Virus record (IMG/VR): IMGVR_UViG_3300029267_003762
Span: 28,247 to 92,246 of that record
Reading direction: 5' to 3' (one strand)
Origin: a virus
Length of the DNA: 64,000 nt
A program made the position numbers and the translations under genes. Numbering within the stretch: the first letter of the stretch is position 1; the number at the start of each line of letters is the position of its first letter. Below, in pieces: positions 24,699 to 33,904 of this stretch. Below the pieces are notes generated by a model. That model saw nothing but the letters and a program-made list of their open reading frames with translations, had not been told where the DNA came from and searched no databases.

Positions 24699-27589
24699 TC
24701 AAGGCAGCCTTCTTCCCCGGCATCGATAAGCACGGGCAACACGTCTTTCCTCTGCACAACACGAGGACGGACGCGCTGTTCGAGAAGATCGCTGCGCCGA
24801 CGTTGCTGCCCGACGTGCTGGACTACATCGACCAGCTGACCCCGCAGAACAACTCGCAGTACGCGCTGCTCAACGCCATGGCGGCGGGCGAGTACTTCGG
24901 GTCCAACATCAACGGCGACTGGTTCCCTGAAGAGGCGCTCATCCACAAGCCGGACACGTGGACCGGCGTTCCCGAGTTCGATCGCGTCCTCGCGCAGAGC
25001 TGGCCGTACGGCTTCCCGACGTTCTACAACGCCGGCGTCTTCGCCCACCATCGCAACAAGGACATGACCAAGTCGTTCGGTGCCGTCGAGCTCGCCTCGT
25101 GGCACCCGGACATGAAGCGCGTCGAGCTCGTCATTCGGCTCGACAAGGAGCCGTGCTACCGCTTTGGTGGCACCGGTCTTTGGGACAAGCTCGCGGCCGG
25201 GCAGATGTTCGACGTGAGCATGGGCTGCAAGGTCCCGTTCGACACTTGTTTTCCTGCGGGCACGCTGGTGCGCACGGAGCTGGGCAACAAGCCCATCGAG
25301 CAGGTTGTCGTCGGGGAGTGCGTACTGGCTGATGGCGGGCAGTACCTGCCCGTCACTGCTGTGATGAAGAGATCAGCCGACGACTTGCTGAGGATCGTCG
25401 CATCCGGCTTGCCCGCGATCACTCCAACCAGCAACCACCCGTTTCTCATAGTACGGCGCGAGGAGGTGCGTGCCTGCAAGGGCACGGCAAACGGGCGTCG
25501 TTGTCGACACTCCCCCGACAAGAACTACGCGCGGCTTTGCCAGAGATGTGGTGCGGAGCTGCACTTCCGGATGACCTGGGCGGCTGCGGCCGACGTACGT
25601 CCGGGCGACTACATGGTGGTGCCCGCCCAACCGTCGCCCAGCCGTGTCGATGTGCCGCTGCCGCGCGCACGGATGCTCGGTTACTACTTGGGGGACGGGT
25701 ACATCATCAAGCAGCGCACCGGCAAGAAGAAGGATGGCGAGTACCGCGACATGGGCGTGGGCTTTTCCGTGGGCTCCTCGGAAGAAGAGCATCTACGCCG
25801 TCTGCTTTTGACACTGGCAGAGGCCGGGCTACAGAACGAGCCATGCGTGTACGATGCGGGATGCAGCCGGAAGGCGCGCATCGTTTCTGTGTACGACCAG
25901 GAAGCGGCTGCATGGTTGCAGGAAGTGGGCGGCCGTGGAGGCCGCGGTAAGCGTCTGGACGAGCAGGTGTTCGACTGGCCGCTGGAAGCCAAGCTCGAAC
26001 TCGTAGGCGCCTACATCGACACGGACGGCTCGTTTGACGAGGACAAAGGGCAGGTTCGTATCGCGTCGGTAAACCGCGGGCTGCTCTTGGACGTGCAGCG
26101 GCTACTTCTGCAGGAACGTATCACCGCAACCGTGTGCTATGCGGGGAGTGGGTCCGGCTACGAAAACAGCGATGCTTGCTGGTACTTGGTACTGGCTGCG
26201 GCACAGGCGCAGAAGTTTCTAGGTAGGTCAACCAAGGTCAAGCCCCGAGAAGTGGGCTGGGAGTCGCCGAAGTCGTTGTTCTGGGAGGGGTACTGGCTGA
26301 CGCCGGTGACGTCCATTGAAGAGCTGGACGGCGAGCAGGAGGTCTACAACCTGTCGGTTGAGAAGATGGAGCAGTACGTCGCCGAAGGACGAGTCGTCCA
26401 CAACTGCTCCATCTGCCTAGACTGGCCGCTGTACCGGGAAGCCCAGGCGACGTTCGACCCCGGGGTCCACAAGCACCCCGGTCAGGCCGTCCTCGAGTTC
26501 CATCGCAAGCTCATTGCCCAGCGCGGGCAGGGCATCCGAGGTCTGGCGATCACACGCAAGGACTACTGCGTGCACGCCAAGACCATGATGAACCGGATCT
26601 TCCCGGATGGGCGCAGGGTGTTCGTGTACAACGACTACCCTCGCTTCTTCGACATCTCGGGCGTGTTCATCGGCGCGGACAAGACCGCCAAGGCCATGCT
26701 CAAGATCGCGGAGGCGGCGGAGCGCAGCTACCACTTCTTCTGGTCTCGTCCGTCGGCGGAAGTAGCCGAGGACCTGGGGTACACAGAGGGGTGGTCGGAG
26801 AAGGCCGCGGCTGCCGTGCTCACGCCCCAGCAGCTCGCCGACGATCTACTCAAGCAAGCCTTCATGGGCAAGGGTGCCAAGCTCAAGCGCGCCGAGATCA
26901 CCAAGGACGTCGTGCCCTCACAGTTCGCCGCGTCGGCGGTCCCTCTCTTGACCCACAGGGAGCCGTCGCTGTCGAACGACCTTTTGGACCGGCTGGCGAA
27001 GAAGCCGATGCGGGACGTTCTATCTACCTCCGGCGGGCTGGGCATGGTGATGCGCCCTCGGGAGTTCCAGCGGCTCATGCTGTCCCGGCTCGGACTCGGA
27101 AGAGAAGCCGATGACCTGGACCGCCGCAACATTGTTTTTCCACGAGTCGAAGAAGAGGAAGAAGTAGGGCTGTCGAAAGAGCGATTCAGCCCACTGATAG
27201 CCAAACTGCTTCAACCCTTCTTTGACTCGCGCTCTTCTTTCGGTCCTGCAGTAGAGAAGAGGGTGACCATCATCATGGTCGGGGACCGCGGTGGAAAGAA
27301 TAGACCCGCTTCCCAACTCTCCCCTCTTCTGCATAAGATAGGAGCCGCGTACAACGGGTACAGGAAGTCGCTCATGCAATTCGTCCCAGAAGCAGTTGAA
27401 GTCGGTCAACAGACCGGAGCTCCTGAAGAGCTGCACAAGTGCGCGTCCGCACCCGTTGAACAACTTTTCACCCCGCTCTCGGTGGCGTACGTCAAGAACG
27501 CCTTTTGGGACGAGGTGGGTATCAACCAGGCACAGGCCACAACGGTCGGCGTGGAGAGGGACTACCCTCGAGGAACACGTGTGCTTTGA
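24695..27589 (+). CDS. Putative prohead protease with intein
   Basis: NINGDWFP, FAHHRN, VSMGCKVPFDT|CSIC, FFDISGVFIGAD; located upstream of the capsid genes. Confidence 0.7.
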   Translation: MIKAAFFPGIDKHGQHVFPLHNTRTDALFEKIAAPTLLPDVLDYIDQLTPQNNSQYALLNAMAAGEYFGSNINGDWFPEEALIHKPDTWTGVPEFDRVLAQSWPYGFPTFYNAGVFAHHRNKDMTKSFGAVELASWHPDMKRVELVIRLDKEPCYRFGGTGLWDKLAAGQMFDVSMGCKVPFDTCFPAGTLVRTELGNKPIEQVVVGECVLADGGQYLPVTAVMKRSADDLLRIVASGLPAITPTSNHPFLIVRREEVRACKGTANGRRCRHSPDKNYARLCQRCGAELHFRMTWAAAADVRPGDYMVVPAQPSPSRVDVPLPRARMLGYYLGDGYIIKQRTGKKKDGEYRDMGVGFSVGSSEEEHLRRLLLTLAEAGLQNEPCVYDAGCSRKARIVSVYDQEAAAWLQEVGGRGGRGKRLDEQVFDWPLEAKLELVGAYIDTDGSFDEDKGQVRIASVNRGLLLDVQRLLLQERITATVCYAGSGSGYENSDACWYLVLAAAQAQKFLGRSTKVKPREVGWESPKSLFWEGYWLTPVTSIEELDGEQEVYNLSVEKMEQYVAEGRVVHNCSICLDWPLYREAQATFDPGVHKHPGQAVLEFHRKLIAQRGQGIRGLAITRKDYCVHAKTMMNRIFPDGRRVFVYNDYPRFFDISGVFIGADKTAKAMLKIAEAAERSYHFFWSRPSAEVAEDLGYTEGWSEKAAAAVLTPQQLADDLLKQAFMGKGAKLKRAEITKDVVPSQFAASAVPLLTHREPSLSNDLLDRLAKKPMRDVLSTSGGLGMVMRPREFQRLMLSRLGLGREADDLDRRNIVFPRVEEEEEVGLSKERFSPLIAKLLQPFFDSRSSFGPAVEKRVTIIMVGDRGGKNRPASQLSPLLHKIGAAYNGYRKSLMQFVPEAVEVGQQTGAPEELHKCASAPVEQLFTPLSVAYVKNAFWDEVGINQAQATTVGVERDYPRGTRVL
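25247..26404 (+). mobile_element. Intein with LAGLIDADG homing endonuclease
   Basis: Starts CFPAGTLV; TSNHPF; MLGYYLGDG and LVGAYIDTDG; ends VYNLSVE..VVHN followed by Cys. Confidence 0.92.
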
Positions 27590-27615
27590 TTCGAATCCAG
27601 TGAAGGAGTGAAGAC

Positions 27616-28497
27616 ATGAACGAGTTCCTCGCACAGTACTTCGGTACGAACGCCACCCCGGACATGATCGAAGAGCAGACGAAGCAGGCCGAGGCCGAGA
27701 CCTTCGTCCAGCTCGCCAAGGAGGCCGGGGTGCCCCTGCACCAGATGACCGACGCGCAGATCGCCGAGCTCTACGAGCACGTCATGGGCAAGACCGCCTC
27801 TGACGACGGCGATGAGGACGACGAAGAGGAGAAGAAGCGCAAGGCGGCCGAGGAGTACGCGTCCAAGAAGGAATCCCACGTCAAGTTCGCCGAGGCCACC
27901 GAGATGGGTCAGATCATGGCCCACAGCTTCTGGAACGAGCTCGGTGAGATCGAGAAAGAAGCCGGGCGCGGCAGCGAGTTCCTCAACAAGGCCAAGGGCA
28001 AGGCCATGCGCATTGGCGGAACTGCGGCAGGCTACGGGGCTGAGGCTCTTTCTGCCCTTACCGGAAGCACCGGACGCAGCAAGGCCAAGCTCCTCAAGGA
28101 GCTCAAGGGTCGCACTGGCCACGTTCCGGGCGGCGCGAAGATCGAGAAGAACCTCGCCAAGGAGATCGCGGCCCACAAGGCCCGTTCTCTCAAGGCTCGC
28201 CTTGCCGCTGGAGGCGGCGCTGCGGCCCTCGGCGGCACGGGTTACGCTCTCGCCGGTCGCGAGAAGGATTCGGCGGCGGCGCTCAACGAGCTCGCTCTCG
28301 AGCTTGCCGTCGAGAAGTGCGCGTCCGCCGGCTGGGATGCTGATGAGGCGTCGACGCGCATCGTTTCCGCCATCAACCTCGATCTCGTCGACGAGGACAA
28401 CACCAAGATCGCGTATGCGAACGACGTCGACGGCGCCGTCGAGATTCGTTCGTTGGAGCTCATCGAAGCGGCCGGCTACCCGGTCACGTGGGAGTAA
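27616..28497 (+). CDS. Scaffold-like or internal head protein
   Basis: Acidic and helical; K-x-A motifs; SD AAGGAG. Confidence 0.65.
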   Translation: MNEFLAQYFGTNATPDMIEEQTKQAEAETFVQLAKEAGVPLHQMTDAQIAELYEHVMGKTASDDGDEDDEEEKKRKAAEEYASKKESHVKFAEATEMGQIMAHSFWNELGEIEKEAGRGSEFLNKAKGKAMRIGGTAAGYGAEALSALTGSTGRSKAKLLKELKGRTGHVPGGAKIEKNLAKEIAAHKARSLKARLAAGGGAAALGGTGYALAGREKDSAAALNELALELAVEKCASAGWDADEASTRIVSAINLDLVDEDNTKIAYANDVDGAVEIRSLELIEAAGYPVTWE

Positions 28498-28520
28498 GGG
28501 CGAGCCCTTAGGAACACCCA

Positions 28521-30062
28521 ATGGCAGCGACAGGAGTAGGCATGGTCAACAACCCGGAAGGCACCGCTCAGGTGGCGCCGACCGCGACCATGTCTCCCCT
28601 GCCTGCAGTTCAAGTACCGACCACACCTGCTCCCAAGCTGACGGCTGATCTCAGCAAGAAGCCGGGGAGCGCGCAGGTCGGGGCTCGAACCAACTACTCC
28701 CGAGTGAACACCGGTGCCCCGATGGCCTCTGATGCAGGAGAGAGTTCTCAGAAGTCACTTCAGCCGAAGATGGCCGGGGCGTTTTTCAAGTCGCAAAGTG
28801 AGGTTCCTATGACACACGCAGCTGCACGTCCGACGCTTCAGCAGATGTTGAAGCACGCGATGGCAGGGGCAACGTCTGCGATCGACTCTGGTCAGATCGC
28901 TGCCGCGGCTCGTTCGCAGCTCGAGGTCGGAGGGAACCGGAAGGAGGCGAGCGCGCCTCCGGAGGGCCAGCCGATCTCACGAGAGTACGCGCACAAGCTC
29001 GCCTCTGCTGTCGACTACTACGCCGAAGTGACGTTCGGTAAGGTAGCGCAGGACGCACCCACGTCGCCGGGTCACGGACCTGGCGCACTCGACGTCACCG
29101 AGTCCATGGATGGCCCGCCCATCAGTGAGGACTCTGGGCAGGCGACGTCGGGCAACCAACCGCCCATGAACCCAGGCACCGGCAAGGTGGCTCCCAATGC
29201 CGTCGATGCCGCTACCGCCCTGGACAACGATGCAGACCACCGGCCTGGCGCCGACGCGGAGAAGTCCTGGTCTCCTGACGGGGACAGCACTCGCTTCTCG
29301 AAGGTCTCGCAGATCGAGCGCATTCGGAAACTCGCCGCTGGGCGCGTCGTCGATGAGCAGAGGCAGCAGGCCATGGGACGCATCATGGCCACCGCCGAGG
29401 AAAAGCTCGATCGAGACCGCGCACGGGCGGGAGAGAAGTCCTACGTCCCCTTTGAGGGCAAGAAGGGTCGCAACGCTCCGAAGCCCTCCGCTGCTCCGAA
29501 GCCCTCCGCTCCGAAGCCGTCGGCCGCCCCCAAGGTCAAGCCGTCGGATGTGAGGAAGGGCGTGGGCATCGTCGAGCGTATCCGCAACATGAGCGGACGC
29601 AACAAGGCGCTTGCTGGGGCCGCTCTCGGACTCGGTACTCTTGGGGCCGGGTACGGGGCGTACCGGGCTCTTTCGGGCAAAGAGAAGGCCGCGTCTTCGC
29701 AGATCGGTCTCATCCGCAAGCTCGCGGAAGACGCGATCAACCCTGCGCACATCACGGCTGCGCACAACGCTCCCGAGCCCCAGACGCTCGAGGCGTCCGA
29801 CCCCGGGCCGTCCGGGGAGAACAAGGGGATGCTTCCGACCACTCCTGAGGGCGTCGCAGACGCCACCAAGCGGTCGGTCAAGGCCCCCTTCGTGAAGAAG
29901 GACATGCCGGACTACGTCGACGAGCCTGCTTTCTCGGCGCCTCACGACAAGGTCTTGCAGAACGCCTTCGCCAAGACGGACGAGTCCGGTGCGAAGATCT
30001 CTTCGATCGACGCGACCTCGGCCGCCCGCGCGCTCTTCAACCGACTGGCAGAGGAGGCCTGA
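28521..30062 (+). CDS. Internal head protein (low complexity, PKPSAA repeats)
   Basis: In the head cluster; K-x-A motifs. Confidence 0.65.
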   Translation: MAATGVGMVNNPEGTAQVAPTATMSPLPAVQVPTTPAPKLTADLSKKPGSAQVGARTNYSRVNTGAPMASDAGESSQKSLQPKMAGAFFKSQSEVPMTHAAARPTLQQMLKHAMAGATSAIDSGQIAAAARSQLEVGGNRKEASAPPEGQPISREYAHKLASAVDYYAEVTFGKVAQDAPTSPGHGPGALDVTESMDGPPISEDSGQATSGNQPPMNPGTGKVAPNAVDAATALDNDADHRPGADAEKSWSPDGDSTRFSKVSQIERIRKLAAGRVVDEQRQQAMGRIMATAEEKLDRDRARAGEKSYVPFEGKKGRNAPKPSAAPKPSAPKPSAAPKVKPSDVRKGVGIVERIRNMSGRNKALAGAALGLGTLGAGYGAYRALSGKEKAASSQIGLIRKLAEDAINPAHITAAHNAPEPQTLEASDPGPSGENKGMLPTTPEGVADATKRSVKAPFVKKDMPDYVDEPAFSAPHDKVLQNAFAKTDESGAKISSIDATSAARALFNRLAEEA

Positions 30063-30063
30063 C

Positions 30064-30426
30064 ATGCAACCCAAGTTCAGCGCAGCCGAAGCCAAGTACA
30101 TGCTGAAGACCGCTGCCCAGACCATCCGGGCTCTATCGGATGAGAACACTGCCCTTCGTACGAAGGTGGCCAACATGGAGCAGCACGAGCGCTCCACGAA
30201 GCTCGCCGAGCAGATGCACGCGAAGGGCATCGATCGTGACGTGCCCGTCGACCGGCTGGCTGACAACCTCGACCAGATGGCCGAACAGGGCAAGTTTGCG
30301 GAGTATCAACGCGCCGTGGAGATGGTCGGCCCCGACATGGGTGTCGGCATGGCTCTCCGGGGCGAGGGAACTGAAACAGGGTCGTCTGACCAGCTGACTT
30401 CTTGGCTGACCGGTCAGATCGACTGA
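30064..30426 (+). CDS. Small scaffold-like protein
   Basis: ATG 30064 after GGAGG; coiled coil. Confidence 0.7.
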   Translation: MQPKFSAAEAKYMLKTAAQTIRALSDENTALRTKVANMEQHERSTKLAEQMHAKGIDRDVPVDRLADNLDQMAEQGKFAEYQRAVEMVGPDMGVGMALRGEGTETGSSDQLTSWLTGQID

Positions 30427-30451
30427 TTGCTCGTGACCTGGAGGATCCAGA

Positions 30452-30991
30452 ATGAGTGTTGCAAAGGTCAATTTCGAGCTGAAGTCGGACCTCATGGCCG
30501 TTCAGCGTCGAGACATCCCCGTTGCGGACAAGAACCTCACCAACCCGTACCACGCGGCAGCGTTGTTCGATGGTGAGTGGCTGACGATCAATGCCGCTGG
30601 CAAGCTCGTCAGGTCCGCCGACATCACACAGGCTGCAGGCACCGCCGCCGCAGGCGACGCCGTGTACCTGTCCTGCCCGCTCTTCGCCGAGCGCGGCCGC
30701 TACGACGTTCGCGCGAACGCCGAGAACAAGATGCCGGTCTTCTGGCTCGCCAACGAGCAGTACGAAGCGCAGACCCGCATCTTCGACGCCGCCCTTGGGG
30801 CAGGCATCACCGCTGTCGGTCAGCCTCTCAAGGTGGCCGTCATCGAGCTCACGACCAACGGAGCGACTCGCAAGTACTCGGGACTCATGCGCCACGGCGG
30901 GGCCGGCGATGCCGCGCCCGTCTTCGGGTACGTCACCAAGTTGCCGACGAACGGCTGGCTCCGGTTCAAGTCTGGAACCCGCAACTTCTGA
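30452..30991 (+). CDS. Capsid decoration/cement protein
   Basis: Beta-rich 179 aa gene directly before the major capsid gene; strong codon bias. Confidence 0.6.
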   Translation: MSVAKVNFELKSDLMAVQRRDIPVADKNLTNPYHAAALFDGEWLTINAAGKLVRSADITQAAGTAAAGDAVYLSCPLFAERGRYDVRANAENKMPVFWLANEQYEAQTRIFDAALGAGITAVGQPLKVAVIELTTNGATRKYSGLMRHGGAGDAAPVFGYVTKLPTNGWLRFKSGTRNF

Positions 30992-31033
30992 TGACCGGGA
31001 CGATCCCAGGGTTTCAGTGAAAGGAGATACAAG

Positions 31034-32158
31034 ATGAGCGTTCCGGCACGTGTCCTCAATGAGATGTTCATGAACAAGATCTCGAGCCCCGAGGGCCGAG
31101 AGAAGGCCGCCGAGTACGGTGGGTCCTACGTTCGTGACCGCCTGCGCGAAGTCGCGTACTCGCGCAAGGTGATCCCCCCGCAAAACGTCACCCGCGCCGA
31201 CTGCCAGCGGTCCGTCAACCATGACACCCTCGTGAAGATCGTGGACATCGAGCCGCAGAGCCGCGCCATGGCGATGACCTTCCGGGGTCAGCCCGAGGCC
31301 CGGTTCATCCGTGGTGAGCGTTTCGAAGTCGCCTTCTTCACCATCTCTTCGGAGATGTTCCAGAAGACGGAACAGGAACTGTCCGCCTACGAGATGCCCA
31401 TCACCAAGATCATCGAAGAGAACTCGGTGAAGGACATCCAGGAGATCGAGGACCGCGAGTTCACGCTTCACATCGAAGCGGCGGTTCAGGCTCTCCAGCA
31501 GGAGGCCAATGGCGGCGTCGTCAAGACCCTCGACTCCGTGCAGATCGCTGCCGGCAACGTCGTCGAGTTCTCCGTCCGCAAGGGCGAGCTCGCGCGTCAG
31601 GCCGCTGGCGTCCCGAACCAGACGGTTCTTCCGCTTCAGCGGCCCGACCTGGTCAACCTCTTCAAGATGCTCGACGGCAACCGCCTTCGCTCCGACCGCA
31701 TCTTGCTGACGGAAGTCGACTGGGACGACATCCTGCAGTGGACGGTCGAGGACTTCGGCGACAAGCTCCAGTCCGAGACGACGACCGACGGGTACAAGTA
31801 CAACTTGCTGCTCGGCCGCGCGTACATCCGCACGATCAAGACGGACATCCTCCGTCCGGGCAACCTGTACGTGTTCACCAAGCCGGACTTCTTCGGGAAG
31901 TTCTACATCCTCAACAACACCAAGTTCTACATCGACAAGGTGGCCAACAACATCTTCTGGCAGGCGTGGGAAGACATCGCCATGTGCGCTGCGAACATCG
32001 CCTCCGTCCGGAAGATGGAGTTGTACTCTGCCGACGCGACGTCGAACGACGCACAGGGTCTCCTGACCAACTTCGTGCCGGTGGACGAGGACGCGCTCGG
32101 TGCGGTCAACAACCGCGTGGACCAGGGCCTGAAGTTCCCGCAGATCGACTCCTTCTGA
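31034..32158 (+). CDS. Major capsid protein
   Basis: 374 aa; strong SD and very high codon bias; HK97-like pattern VRDRLREVAYSRKVIPP..EIEDREF. Confidence 0.8.
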   Translation: MSVPARVLNEMFMNKISSPEGREKAAEYGGSYVRDRLREVAYSRKVIPPQNVTRADCQRSVNHDTLVKIVDIEPQSRAMAMTFRGQPEARFIRGERFEVAFFTISSEMFQKTEQELSAYEMPITKIIEENSVKDIQEIEDREFTLHIEAAVQALQQEANGGVVKTLDSVQIAAGNVVEFSVRKGELARQAAGVPNQTVLPLQRPDLVNLFKMLDGNRLRSDRILLTEVDWDDILQWTVEDFGDKLQSETTTDGYKYNLLLGRAYIRTIKTDILRPGNLYVFTKPDFFGKFYILNNTKFYIDKVANNIFWQAWEDIAMCAANIASVRKMELYSADATSNDAQGLLTNFVPVDEDALGAVNNRVDQGLKFPQIDSF

Positions 32159-32245
32159 TCAGCGGGCCCACGCGCATAGCGTGGTATCATGGAGAGCGTC
32201 GGTGCCGGCAGATGGTGCCGGCGCTCTTTCCATTGGAGGGAAGCT

Positions 32246-32914
32246 ATGGAGCAGTTCTTGTTGGTGAACACATCGCGCGGTCGTCATACACGTACGGCGC
32301 GGGCGACCAACCCGACGCACAAGGGGTTGGCGCAAAAGCTCGACAACGGGGTGCGTGTGCTGAGGGGAAGGCCCACGCCCGTCGGGCTCGAGACTCTCAA
32401 GAAGATCCTGCCCGACGTGCTCAGGCGAGAGTTGGTCGGCATCCTTGAGGTACGATCGATGGACGGCAGGCGGGTCAGGTTCAAGGAGGACGGCTCGTTC
32501 TCTGTCGACCCGGCCCCAAAGCCCCCGCCGATCCCGTTCGCATCTGATGGGGGGATGAAAGTCGACCTCATTGGTAAGGAGCAGATGGAGCACTTCGATG
32601 CGAAGAGCATCGGCGAAGAGGCGGACATCACGGGCGACCTCGATCTGCCGAAGCCCGCCATTGCCTCTCGGGAGAAGATCGTCGATGAGGATCTCGACGA
32701 GCTCAAGCTGCCACCGGCGCACGGCAGTGATACGATGCCGGCGACGAGTCAGGAAGACGAGGACAGCGCTGAGGCCTTCGAGGCTGAAGCGGAGGAATCC
32801 GAGGAGGCCGAAGAGGAAGAGCCCGAACAGCCGGCGGAGCAGGAGAAGCCGGATCCAGCGAGGGCCCGATCCACCAAGCGGCAGTCTCGAAAGGCGCGTA
32901 GAAGGAGCAGCTGA
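32246..32914 (+). CDS. Hypothetical protein with acidic/basic C-terminus
   Basis: ATG 32246 after GGAGG; upstream TGgTATCAT. Confidence 0.65.
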   Translation: MEQFLLVNTSRGRHTRTARATNPTHKGLAQKLDNGVRVLRGRPTPVGLETLKKILPDVLRRELVGILEVRSMDGRRVRFKEDGSFSVDPAPKPPPIPFASDGGMKVDLIGKEQMEHFDAKSIGEEADITGDLDLPKPAIASREKIVDEDLDELKLPPAHGSDTMPATSQEDEDSAEAFEAEAEESEEAEEEEPEQPAEQEKPDPARARSTKRQSRKARRRSS

Positions 32915-33408
32915 TGTCGCTAGAAGGAATCCCCGGGATGTCGCGCACGTTCATCATGTTCGTGCACCAAGTTCGGGTGTTCCTTCGCGACTACCCCGAG
33001 CTCAATCGGTTGGTGCGGGGCGTCGAGTCGTCGGATCGTCAGATTGCTTGGGCGGTCATGGACGCCGTCGAGGACTTCAACGGCACCCCGCACTTTACCG
33101 AGTACACGCTCGAGCAGCTTCTCGCGAAGCACCAGGGGCACCTTCTCACGCGGATGACCGCCATCAACTTGATCGAGTCGGTGGGGCTGCTTCAAACGCG
33201 CAACCACATCAACTACAGTGACGGTGGTTTGAACGTCGGCGCCAACGACAAGACGGGTCTTCTGATGAACTGGTTGCAGCTCTTCAAGAACGAAACAGAG
33301 CAGAAGAAGACCAGGGCCAAGGTCGGCATGAACATCGAGGACGCCATGGATTCGTACGGAGTGGCGAGCGAGTACTGGGCGACGAATGCCACGTACGCGA
33401 GCTATTGA
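32914..33408 (+). CDS. Putative head-tail adaptor (neck) protein
   Basis: Position after the capsid gene; NYSDGGLNV motif. Confidence 0.6.
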   Translation: MSLEGIPGMSRTFIMFVHQVRVFLRDYPELNRLVRGVESSDRQIAWAVMDAVEDFNGTPHFTEYTLEQLLAKHQGHLLTRMTAINLIESVGLLQTRNHINYSDGGLNVGANDKTGLLMNWLQLFKNETEQKKTRAKVGMNIEDAMDSYGVASEYWATNATYASY

Positions 33409-33442
33409 CCGGAGCATTCTCGACGAGAACTGAGGCAAGGAC

Positions 33443-33904
33443 ATGGCATTCAAGACGCGCAAGTTCAGCAGCATGTTGCACATGGACACGTTCCTGAACG
33501 GTGGAATCATCTGCGGAAACAACAAGGCTGTGCAGGGGATCGAGGGGCTCGTCGGCAAGACCCTTACGTTCACCGCCCCCGCCGGCGCTGTTACGTTCGC
33601 TGCGGTACCCGGCCGGAACAACCCGAACAAGCTCCTCGTCGAGGACATCCATGCTCAGATCGCGGCCGTGCCTGCCCTGGGGGACGTGGTGGTCTTCGCC
33701 GTGGACGGGTGCGTGGCCTTTGGGAGGAGCACGCCAGGGCAAGTTGTCGCGCTTTCCGCTGGGCCGGAGGATTCTCGCCCCTTGCTCGGCCTGTCCAGGA
33801 GTGGGGCGGTCAGCGGCGTCGTCCACAACCCACCCACCACCGTTCCGTACGTGTTCTGGATGCATGAGACGAACGGGGCCTGGGTCGTCTGCACCGTGGA
33901 GTGA
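33443..33904 (+). CDS. Structural hypothetical protein
   Basis: In the morphogenesis cluster. Confidence 0.65.
   Translation: MAFKTRKFSSMLHMDTFLNGGIICGNNKAVQGIEGLVGKTLTFTAPAGAVTFAAVPGRNNPNKLLVEDIHAQIAAVPALGDVVVFAVDGCVAFGRSTPGQVVALSAGPEDSRPLLGLSRSGAVSGVVHNPPTTVPYVFWMHETNGAWVVCTVE

Noticed and set aside
29470-29540. Short tandem DNA repeats (CCGAAGCCCTCCGCT)
   Set aside because: In-frame PKPSAA linker repeats explained by the protein sequence.
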